Shown here in pieces: positions 41,204-53,200 of a stretch of DNA of 64,000 nt. The stretch is from Zootoca vivipara. Lineage: Eukaryota. The position numbers and the translations under genes are program-made. The notes under the pieces are model-generated. The model was given only the letters and a program-made list of their open reading frames with translations, made no database searches and was not told the DNA's origin. The first letter of the stretch is position 1. Every line of letters begins with the position of its first letter. Where the stretch lies: positions 42,036,001 to 42,100,000 of the forward strand of contig NC_083285.1 of the NCBI RefSeq assembly GCF_963506605.1, read 5' to 3'.

Positions 41204-42527
41204 AATCCCCTTCCATTGCAAGAGGTGGGGGATGTTGCAATAACACAAACCATTGTACCTCTAATTCTCCGAAGAGAATTAGGGTGCTCTGGGTAGAATC
41301 CCTTTTCCTCCTCCCTCCATGCTTCAGAAATGGCAGTCAGTTTGATTGTATTCAGGTTTTATTTCAAAAAAATACATTTCCCCCTCTCAGCACCTTTGCC
41401 CAGGAGTTTGTCTTACTCAACAGTAGTGCAGTTTCTTTTAAATTTTTAATAATTGTAATCTTCCAGTAGATTGTACCAAAATGTGTTGGGTGGGTGGGAG
41501 GCTATTTTTGGAGGGGCGTGTGGTTATTTTTTTTTTTAAGTAATAGCGTTGGGTTTCTGCTTCCCAGTAACTGAACTCCTTTGTAAGAGCTTGTAACAAT
41601 TCTTAAGTTCTAACATAAGTGAAGATCAGTATTTTTTATTTTAACTGAAAGAAATAATACACAATTAATATTCTTTTTTTTATATTCACAAGGGTGACTT
41701 AAATAGTTGCAGTCAGATTCTTCACAGATCAGATCCCTGCAGCAGTGGGTTAGGCTTTTAATATGTTGGTTACAAATGCTGTTGAGGTTGGACTACTTAT
41801 ACAATCAATGTTGAGCCGATTAACTTGTTAATTGTCTCTGTCAAGTTGTGTAGGGGGCAAATGTTTTTATTAACATTAGTCAGCTGAATAACTTCAAAAG
41901 GTAGGAGCCTTTCTGTAACTACTGAACATTATTCTTGGTTTAATTTCCTAATATTGTAGGAGGAAAACAAATTGGTTGCATTCATTCTTTAAATAATTCA
42001 GAATGAATATATACAGCATAGATCTTAAGATTGGTGAAGTTCTGGATTCTCATTTCATGGAAGCTCTAATTACATATCTTTTGCCAGAACCTTATATCTT
42101 TTGCAGCTGAGTACTTCCCCATTTCCATATATCCTAGTTAGAGTATCAAATACTGATTTTTATAGGGCGGGGTTTGTTTGTCACACTATCATATTGATAC
42201 TTGTGGGGCTTGAGTTTGAAAGGAAGGAGAGAAGGAAGATCTTTGTTGGAATGGCAAATCTTCAGTATAATTACAGCATGTGTATTCATTGGACACTTTG
42301 CTGAAATGTTCATTGATAACTAATACAATTAAATCTGTTATTTTCTGTCTACTAAAATTTTGATTCCTGCTCTTAATGTTGGAAACTTTGTTATAATTAC
42401 GTCTGGGTCTCTTCTAGGGCTTTTGAATGTTTCCTGTTCTGTGCTCTTGTAATTTTGTCTGAACCCATAAGTGATGTATGCTTTCTGTTTGTTTAAATCT
42501 GAACAGATTTAGGAACTCACTTCTAAA

Positions 42528-42988
42528 AATAAACTCCAGAAAGTTTTTTCCCTTCATACAATAATAATCTCATTGAATGAAAAAAGATGAATTCATTTTT
42601 GCTTAAGAATTAGTTCTGAAAATACTTCTAGTTGCCTTTCAAAACAATAAAGACTGGTTTTGAATAAACTTTTTTGTTAATTATTGCATGTGGTGCTTAT
42701 ATAAGTCTTAAAACAAATTCATGGGAAGCTATTCCAAGTTTAAAGTTGGAGGGGTTATTATCTGTCTATTATTGTCCATTCTGGGTTGCTCAAACATTGG
42801 TGCTGTCTTTTCTTTTAGCAGATCAAGATGATCAGGTGACAGCAAAAACTGCAATGTTTTTAGTGGGGGCAATTAGAATAAGATGTAAATCCCCGAAATG
42901 TATTTTCTATAGTTAAGTTTTTACCTCTATCTTCAGTACAGTTTTTATTTTAATTTTAGTGCTATGGCTAGTGGATGATGCAAATAAA
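42528..42988 (+). terminator. Cluster of AATAAA polyadenylation signals, ST13 3' end
   Basis: AATAAA at 42528, 42646, 42663 and 42983; 42663 is followed by a T/GT-rich tract. Confidence 0.55.
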
Positions 42989-43249
42989 GATTCTTCTGAT
43001 TCTGCAGCTTCTTTTAAGTTATCTCAGCAGTTGCAATCTTGCCAGTCTAGAAGCAGTCTAGAATCCTGTCGATGAGGGGAAATCTAAGGCAAATCAGAAT
43101 ACAAGAGCTTGCTGAATCAGCCCAAAGGCCCACTTTGTCCAAAGTCCAGTTGTCACATAAGTGGCTTATGGGAAGCCTGAAAGCATGGGACGCTTGAGCA
43201 CAACTTTCTCCAGTTGTTCCTACAAATGCAGATCGGGTATTGTGTGGCA

Positions 43250-44250
43250 CTTGTAGGTGTGCCGATCGAAGCGGCCGAGCGGCCACACGCAAAGCCATCT
43301 CGCAGTAGTTTAAAGTAGATAAAAGCCAAATTGCGGCGGCGCCCTCAGCTTTTGCGTTTCCATGCCAAGGCTTCTTTTCTGCGGGTGCTCACTCCTGGGG
43401 GCCTGACAGGACATGCCGGGAAAGTTTTACTGCCTGCCCTCGCCCTCGCTGTACACCCTACTGACGCGGGTGCGCCTGTCCCTCCACAAACCAGCCCGCT
43501 TCGAGCTGCTCTTTATTCTCCGCCTCCCTCACTCGCGCTAGCCGTTGACGGAAGAACCGTTTTCAGAAAAACGAAACAGCCGTAACCCCCGCCAGCAGAA
43601 ATTCGCGCGCCTGAGCCGGGAGTAAAGAGAACACGCCCCTTTCTGCCTTGCCGGGGGGGGGGGGGGCGGCAGCCGGCGAATAGCGCTCCTGCCAGGCGAG
43701 CCCTCCTACCTGCGCCGAGGTATTATGAGCCGCCGCCTGATTGGTGCGGAGCCGGCAGAAACGTCGCTGCGGCGCTGGTGCCACGTGACGCCGAGTGTCA
43801 TGGAGCGGGGCGGTGACGGAAACGTCCGCTCTTCCTTGGCTCCCGCGGCGCCGCACGGACCGCGCCGAAGGTTCAGCCATGGCCGTGGTGTTCTCCTACG
43901 AGAGCTTGGTCCATGCTGTGGCGGGGGCTGTGGTGAGTTCGACTGCAGCGGAGATGGCCCGGGAGGGCTGCGTTAGTGGGCTTCGGCGGCGGGAGGCTGA
44001 GGGGGCTGCTGGGCTCACTCGCCTTTCGCGCAATACAACTAGGCTAGGTGCTAAAATGCACCTGGTCGCCTTGCGATGAGTATTCGGGGCAGAGATCCCC
44101 CGCACTCGCACTAATTTCTGCCTTAGTGGGTGCCTCTCGCCTAGTCCATGCCGCTCCGAGTGAATACAAACGCCCACTGTATGATTTTGCGTGCCCCCAG
44201 TTAGTATAGTCGTCGTCAGTGGTGGGGAGGATTTTATCCCTTCTGTATTC
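43250..44250 (+). promoter_or_regulatory. CpG island promoter of SLC25A17
   Basis: CpG-rich; inverted CCAAT (ATTGG) at 43740; E-box GCCACGTGAC 43780-43789; GC box near 43807. Confidence 0.88.
43879..43932 (+). CDS. SLC25A17: SLC25A17 exon 1 (coding part)
   Basis: [18 protein letters not shown]; donor gtgagt. Confidence 0.95.
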
Positions 44251-47200
44251 CTCTCCCTCACGGTTTTTGTGGTGTGTGTATTGCTATGATCGTTACTGTT
44301 ACTGTTACGGTGTGGGTATGGGGTAATTCTCCTCGCCCCTGAAATAGGATGCTACAGGTGAACTGTCCTATCGGGTGCACGTTCCGTTGTTAAGTTATCA
44401 CTTTGATTGCCTATACTCGCCTGCCAGGGTTTTCTGCCTGGGATTTAAATGCCTGTCTGGGGACAATCAAATCTCCAAACTTGCTGTTGACCTGCAGAAG
44501 CAAAATCAAACAGGGACAGTGGTTCAGAAAGTGTAAAAGGGTTGGGGAATTGTCCTTTATGTTCCAAGCTACAGGATCAATATTTGTAGTAACCTAGAAA
44601 TAGGTTGTATATACCCAAACACTCTGTGCTGTATTGGGATGTCAGGATTATCATTTTTTCCTGTCTTCCCTGTTTTTTCAGCTTCTTGTTACACAACTGT
44701 CTAAATGGTAAATATTTTCTTTGATACTAGTGACTTTTGAGGCCAGAGTGCTGTTGGATGCAGCCGGCAAACCTGACTCAGGTCAACTGCACAGATCTCT
44801 CATATAATATCAGGGCAGGTTACAACCATTTAAAATTCAGTATTAAAAACAGAGAAAACATAAATTAGTTACAAATACATATCCATAAAATGAGAATTCT
44901 CTGAATCTTGCAACTTTCCCCCATCACCTCCATGGGTCTTATTGTCCGCATTTCCAGCTGCATATTATTTCATAGCCTGTGTTCTGTATCTATCCATATT
45001 ATTGCAATAATAGGTTGGGTCCTGAAAGCATAAATCTCTGGTGACAAAGCCCAAGGTAAAAAGGTGTGCATTTAACATTTGCCAAAAACTGCCCCACATA
45101 GAGTGCATTCCAGTAATCACACCCAGAAGTTGCCAGAGCGTGGAGTACCATGACCTAGTGAGCTCTGTTCAAAAGGGACCATAGCTTGCAAACAAGATGG
45201 AGCTGGAAGTAGACACACCTAGCCACCTGGGTCTCAAGTGACCACCCAGGAGTACCCCCAGGTTACAAAACTGCTCCTTCCATAGGAATGCAACTCTGTC
45301 AAGAGCAGGTCATCTTTTCACCTCGTGGACTTAAGAATTGGAATACATAACACCTCTGTCTTTTCAGGATTCAGTTTTGATATGTTGGCCCATCACTGCC
45401 CCCAAACACCCATCTAGTACCTTGGCCACCTCTACTGATTCAAAGTTAACAAGGAGATAGAACTAGGTGTCATCTGCATATGGGTAACACTTCACTCCAA
45501 AACTATTGAAGACAGTTCACAGTGGCTTCATATAAATGTTAAATAGAATGGGAGAAAAGATGCAATCCTGGGGCACACCACAAGAAAGTTTCCATAAGTT
45601 ATTACCCCTACAACTGCTTTCTGCAAACAGCCCTGGAGTACAGTGCCCCTTCTTGAGCCACTTCAAAATAATACCATCATTATGGTGTTGCAAGCCCAAT
45701 AAAAAAGAGCAGGGTTGCCCTCCCTCACATCTCTCAATGCAAGGTCACCTTCTCAGTGAATTGTGCTTAGAGCCTAAGCTGTGGGGGTAGATGTAAATAT
45801 CCCCCCACTCCCAGCCTGATAGCCCCTGGGTCAGCATTGTTGGTTCACACAGCAACAGGCTTTATCTAGCTTTTAGGCATACTGTTTTATGTTTGCTGTC
45901 CTGTGCTCCTTTTTGGGAGGATGGATGAGATACAAAAATCACAGGTCCATAAATATAAGCAAGTTATAAAGCAATGGTCCCAATACAAATGCAAGAGGGA
46001 CATGGGCATGGCAGGGGGGCACCTGGCCCCCCAAACAAGTAATAAGAATACTTAACCAACTGACTAATTGCATCATAGAAAACTTTGTTCTGCTTCCCAC
46101 CCAGTGTTAGAAACTGGGATAGAAAAGCTAGGAGCCAAATGGCTCTTGGGACCTGGGTTAAGGACACCAAAACAAAATGTCTAGTCACCATTTTGGGGGG
46201 AGGGGGTTGGCAACACTTTTTATTTATTATTTTGATAAGCATGAACTAATACACAATGCACATAAGCAACACATTGTTAAAATCACATTTTAACAGAAAT
46301 TGTTAATACATGTTTAATTTTGTGTTTACAATAAAAAATATTGGCAGCAAACTTCAGTTTTCAAAGCACTCTACTATTTATTGTTAAACGCCTTAACATA
46401 TTGTCTATCCTTAACATATACAGTACTTCATGGCTTCAAAGCACATACATTTCAGTGATCCTTGAGAGTCAGCCAGGCACAAAAAAATGGCACCTAGACT
46501 TTTTAAGGTGCTCGCAAATGGATACTCTTTTGGTGCAAAATGCACCTGGCACCCTGCTAATTTTGAATTCTGTCCTCAACATAAAACCTGCTCCCCCCCC
46601 CAATAAATCCTGGCTATGCCCATGATGGAACAGCCCATTTCTTACATCTTTCCGTTGTGAGAACTGGCCATTTATTCCTGCACACTGCTTCCTACTTAAC
46701 CGATTAAAAAGTCTCTAGCAGAAATTGCTACTTGTCTTTAAATTATCTTCACAGCCACAAAGGCCATGCATTCTTTGAGAAATATGATCCTCAGTTTTCT
46801 AGCAAACACCAGATTCTTTATTGAAAACCAGATACTGTAGTTCTTGGAACTGTGCAGATTTCCCCCCTGTACTTTGTCCATAACATTCTGTTATCACTGG
46901 GTTAGGATACGTTTGTAAATAATAAACTTTGTGGGATGACTTGTCCTCAGTATACAGCTTAATACTTTTACATTGATGTCTGTAGCCTTAGTACTGAGAG
47001 GATCAATTAGTTTGTGTAACTTGTTGAAGGTGCAATCAATCCTTACCTGTCTTCATCTACCCATCCCACTAATACATTGTTCAGACTTGTAAAGGTGGAG
47101 CAGCAATAGGAATGAAGTTGAGCTATTTTATCTGCTCACTGACTTGAGGCTTTCACAGCAACATTTTAATTTCTTTAAAGACTTTATAGGATTTAAAACA

Positions 47201-50200
47201 CAAACTTCAAGCCCTTCTCTAACCATGTCTGAGAAGTCTTGGTATTCATAAAGAAATTGGTACTTTCTGCTCCAAATAGCTGCTGCTTAGATATGTGTTA
47301 TGCAAATTGGTGTTGTTTAGTTGGGAGTGGCGCTGCCCCTAAGTCCTTTTCACATGAGAATCATAGAATCATAGAGTTGGAAGAGACCACAAGGGCCATC
47401 CAGTCCAACCTCCTGCCAAGCAGGAAACACCATCAAAGCATTCCTGACATATGCCTGTCAAGCCTCCGCTTAAAGACCTCCAAAGAAGGAGACTCCACCA
47501 CACTCCTTGGTAGCAAATTCCACTGCCGAACAGCTCTTTAAAAAAGCTTCTGAATTTTTGAAGAATATAACTTGGGAGTGCCATAACATGCATATGGAGC
47601 CTAACCCAAACAAATAAAGAAAACAAACTTACAAAAGTGTAGTCCCACTGCCTGCATTAAGGCTACTTTCAGAACCAAGTGCAGGGAAAAGCCGGCTGTG
47701 CCCTCCAGGTGTTTTGGGCTCCATTCAACTCCAGGCCAGCATGATCAATGATCAGGGATGATGAGAATTGCAATTCAAAGTGAAAGTAAAACTCATTGTT
47801 ATCAAATGGAACTTTATTTTCCTTGTCATTTTTTAAAGATTTCAACTGTTTATCTTGCAAAAACCTGTGTTTTTAACAATAAGTTCATTCAAATACAGAA
47901 ATACTTCAAGGCTTGTTTGCTCAGATATTTGTTAATCATTGTTCTAGCTTTATTACAGATTTGTAAGGAAAAACCATGTGGTACAGCAAAGTTAACTTTG
48001 TTTTTAAACTTTTTAGGGTAGCATGACTGCAATGACTGTCTTTTTCCCCCTGGATACAGCTAGACTAAGACTTCAAGGTAAGCAAAGATGTACTAGGTCA
48101 TCTAAGAAAGAAAGATATTCATCTGGTCCCATAAGAAAATGTCAGAATCCATAATAGGACAATGCCTTCATTAGGTCAACAATAATAGTGTGGAATCTTT
48201 CTTCAGAACTTTTAACCAGGCTAGATAGTAAAAGTGGAATGGGGGGAGCTAACAAAGTTGGCTAATAGAATTTATGTCTGGTCAGTCTTGAAATGATGTG
48301 TAGGACGATAAACCAGATAGTCATATGAAGCTCTGATAGGTTCTCTGCAGGTTTCAGATTGCACCTTCAGAGCATCTTGAGACTGACCAAAGCACCCTCC
48401 TTGACTTCACCAACAACCAACTTTTTTGCCCCTCTTCCACATGCTCTATTGACTATCTAGCCCAGTGATGAACAGTTGGATCTTCCCCACCCTGTACATG
48501 CCATCTTTTGATAGGTGGGGTGGGAGCATAATGATGTCAGGTGACTAGTTACAAGTAGGTAGCCGTGTTGGTCTGACGTAGTCGAAACAAAAAATTTAAA
48601 AAATCCTTCCAGTAGCACCTTAGAGACCAACTAAGTTTGTCATAGGTATGAACTTCACTGTCAAAGTTCCAAGGAGGTCAAAGTTCCAAGGAGGTCAGTA
48701 GATTATGGATTATTATTGCAACAACCTCCTTTCAGTTCCAATCAGCTGATACGAAGTTCTGAGGAACTCAAAAGTTTGCACACTATTTTGTGATGTTCTG
48801 CTTGCACTAATCAATGTATTGCCCTAATATTCAAATATATGTTATGTTTACCCTTTGTGTATCATGTCTTATTGTCTTCCAGTTGATGAAAAACGCAAAT
48901 CTAAAAGAACACACAAAGTTCTCTTGGAGATAATAAAAGAAGAGGGCCTGTAAGTATAGAACCTTGTAACAAGCAGCATGTGAACATTCACAAATGTTGA
49001 GCATTCATCACGTCTTTGTCCCGCTACTTCACATACAGTATTGTAGTTTCTTAATTTGCCCAATATTTGAGGGGTATTGAGTTTCACACAAAAATATATG
49101 AGCTCCTTTGCAACAAAGCTTTAAAAAAAACAGAGTGCAATCTTTTTTAGTCACAAAGGCTTAAGTCTTTTTGGGTCATCTTAAGGCAAACTCCTTCATT
49201 AGAAAGGGGGAGAGTCCGGTGATAAATAGCAGGTCTTTCTATAGCCTCTGTAACTCTTGTTGTACATAAAATATGTAGAAACCAAGGGCATGCTTTTGAA
49301 AACGAAACTTGGTGCCACAGATTGTAATTTGGAAGTGTGAGGGGGGAGTCCAATCCTTGTCCTTTTGTGATCAAATAAAAATGACTGGTTGAAAAATGGG
49401 AATTACTTAAAAAATACAGTACAAGCAAGTTGATGTCATATTTGCATTGTAATTCAAAACACTGTAAAAAACAAGGGATCAATTATTCCGGTTGTAGGAA
49501 ATACCGCTGCAATACCATCCCATTCTTTGGAAAGGGCTGAAACACCTGTCAGAACCAGTTTCCCCAACCAGCCAGATGCTTCTGGACACATGCAGGCATC
49601 TTTAAAGGCATCAGTCCAGGCAGTGTGGACTGAATAATGTTCTTAATTGTTATAAGGAACAGTTGTAGTAACTGTCAGTTTAATAAGCATGCATAATATG
49701 ACAAGGAACTATTTCTGCTAGGGAACCTTGGGACAGTTGTACTGTTATTTCCCCCCCCCCCCATCCTGTCCATCAGTAAAACGTCTCTAGTGATTTGCAC
49801 ATTTATTCAGAAGTAAGTAGCACAGAATTCATTCAGAGTTATTCCCAAGTAAGTTTGTCTAGGATTCTGATTGTTAAAATATACTTTGTTGTACCTGCTT
49901 ATAAATACTTAGTTTATTTTGTAGGCAAATACTATGACTTCCCAGGTTCTGGATTAGGCTGCAGGTGCTGTTGCTTTATTTCTTCTTGGTGATTGCATGA
50001 TAGTTACTTTTTGCTTTTATTGCTTGTTCCTTAGCCTGGCACCATATCGAGGGTGGTTTCCTGTCATCTCCAGCCTTTGTTGTTCCAACTTCGTCTATTT
50101 CTATACATTTAACAGTTTAAAAGCTGTTTGGGTCAAAGGACATCATTCAACCACAGGAAAAGACTTGATTCTTGGGGTGGTTGCAGGTAATAGAATCCTA

Positions 50201-53200
50201 TCAGTTGTGCTACAAATCTGCTAAGATTTTAAGGGGTTGAACCAGTTTGTTACATTCCATGCATGCACTTTTTATGCTACTGATGCTACCTTATTATTAT
50301 AATTTATATTACTCGAATGCATGTAATTTGTAGTCAATAGAAAAACATAGATAAAATCTAAACCTGACACACAGCCTCTTGAAGCTTTACTTTTAAAAAA
50401 TAATTTGGCATTTCTGATCTTCATTAAGAAGTACATGATTCCATGACCTAGAATGAATGTGGGAGGCTTGCGTCAATCCAGGAAAGGTATTTGTGAGCAC
50501 TAAGGTGTGTACCTGTTAGGAGAATAAACTTGCTTTTCCTGCTTGCTTAAGCAATTTGTGTGTATCATCACAAGGCATTCTGCCAGCTATTAGTATGGTG
50601 CAAAAATTAGAGCAAAATCCTCAGTACTGTATAGGATTTCAGAATGTGTGTCTTTGGTTTTTTTGGGGAGTGGGGGGCGTTTTACTTTTCTATGTAGCTT
50701 AATTATTTTGTACATTGGATCATTTTTGTACATGAAGATTAAACCTGCTTTTAAAAATGTTGTTAGGGCTCTTCTTACTCAACTTTTGGTTTGTGTTGTC
50801 TTAGGTATTGTGAATGTATTGTTGACTACTCCCCTCTGGGTAGTGAATACACGTCTGAAACTCCAGGGGGCCAAATTCAGAAATGAAGACATTGTGCCCA
50901 CTAACTACAAAGGTGTTGGAGGTAGGCATTTGTTGTTATTTCTGTTAGTTTGCATTGGTACTTTTTAGTAGATTTGTGGACTGAAGGCTTTCATTTAGAA
51001 AATGGATGCTATGGACAGCTCTTTTGCTGTTCAGCTTATAGATACAACCCCTTTTAAAACAGTGAACTATTAGATAATCAGGAAAGACATATTACAGTAA
51101 GAAAGTTTATAGTGTATTACTCTGAGATGGGATGAGTCTAACTGTAACTGAAATTAAACATGTGTGCCAGCATATCTAACACTGACTCAGCCATCACTCG
51201 TCTGTTCTCCTATGCTCAATCCAGTCTCTCCCCTTTGAAAAATGAAATCAGAAAGTGCCACATAAATATTAATACATTTAATAGTCATCTGTCCCCAACT
51301 TTTTTGTAATTAAATGATGTTGGTTTTCAACAATGTGATCCCTGTAGCACAATGACTTCATCTTCTCTGTGTATGCAGTCTAAGGCCCCCAAATTAGTCC
51401 TGGGTTTTCCCCCAACTCGCTGGAGAAGATCTGGGGAGGAGTATGGGGAGAAGAGAGGGAGAGGACTTTCCTTTAGCACAGGCAGAGAAGCCCTTGTGCT
51501 AACTGGACAATCCGGATACTGTATAGCCTTGATAGTTTAAATTGCAAAACAGCTTAGAAATGGGATGGAGGTCTCTTGGCGGTATTTTATTGGTGGGGAA
51601 ACTGCCAATCAGTATTGGAATCAGGACTCCTAGATTACCTGTTGTTGTGTTCAGAGTTTTTGAAGGTATGGTTGCCATGATTTAATTTTGTGAGAGGACC
51701 ATGGAAGCAAAAAGAGGCAGAAGTCTGGACTGGGTGGAATGAAAGGATTACATTACAAAACACGTTCCATTACAAAACATGTTCTGGGTGAACTAAGTGA
51801 TTGTCGTGTGTGATAAGAATGCTCACCATAGCATCCTATCATTTCACTTAGTCTCCATAACTGCGTGAGAATACATTAGAGCAGGGGTCCCCAAACTAAG
51901 GCCCGGGGGCCGGATGCGGCCCAATCGCCTTCTAAATCCGGCCCGCGGATGGTCCAGGAATCAGCATGTTTTTACATGTGTCCTTAAATAAAATGTGTCC
52001 TTTTATTTAAAATGCATCTCTGGGTTATTTGTGGGACCTGCCTGGTGCTCTTACATGAGTAGAATGTGTCCTTTTATTTAAAATGCATCTCTGGGCTATT
52101 TGTGGGGCATAGGAATTCGTTCATATTTTTTTCCAAAATATAGTCTGGCCCCCCACAAGGTCTGAGGGACAGTGGACCGGCCCCCTGCTGAAAAGGTTTG
52201 CTGACCCCTGCATTAGAGCAACATCTTCGGGACTGGGATGGGTTAAGAGGATGAGCAGAATATGTGAAATGACATAGCTTAGGCTACAAGATTGGGTTCA
52301 GCTGCAGGCTTCTGGTACAGAAAGTGATTGGGAAGAGAGAATACCATGTTTACTCTGATGTAAGTTGCAATTAATTAAAACAGGACTTACCCAAGTAAGA
52401 GTGCATAGCACTGCCAATTCCAGTGCACGTGGCTTGATATATTTATTTGCTTTACTATATTGGACATCCTTTGCTTTTTGTACCAAGAAAAACAAAAACA
52501 AAATATAAACAGTTTTTTTTAAAAAAGTGAACCCACTCTTGGCTCTCCAGGCAGGCAGTGCATTTAAATGCACATGGACTGTGTATGTGTGTTTTCTTCA
52601 GGTGGTTTGTGCCAAAAGACAAGCTGTGTTGCTTTTTTGTACATACGTGTGTGAGAAGAGTGGGAAGAGAGAGGTAACAATGAATTGGATAAATGTTGCA
52701 GGCACTAGATGGTGAAGCTTTGGCAGGGCCTGTGGGGGAAGAGATGAGAAACCCAGAGGAAAGGAAGGCAGGGAAGAAACTGCCCCAAAAGACCTAGTCA
52801 GATCTAGGTCCTGATGGATATTTCCCCCTGTACATCAATGAGACCAATAGAAAATAAAATAAAAATATTCCTCATCCCTGGATTACAAGTTGATAGGCAA
52901 AATATGCATTTCGTTTCTTCCTCTGTGTGCAAACTTGTTGAATATTTAAGATTCCTGTATCTTAAATATTCTTAAAAGATTCCTGCTGCTTCTTTATCCT
53001 TCCCATTAGATGCCTTTCATCAGATAATAAGAGATGAAGGAATTTCAGCTTTGTGGAATGGTACTTTTCCTTCGCTGCTCCTGGTATTCAATCCTGCCAT
53101 ACAGTTCATGTTCTATGAAGGGCTTAAGAGGAAGATTCTGAAGAGGCAACTGCAGGTGAGATTCCAAGGCCTGCAAAGAATTCAGTTAAACTCTGACTTC

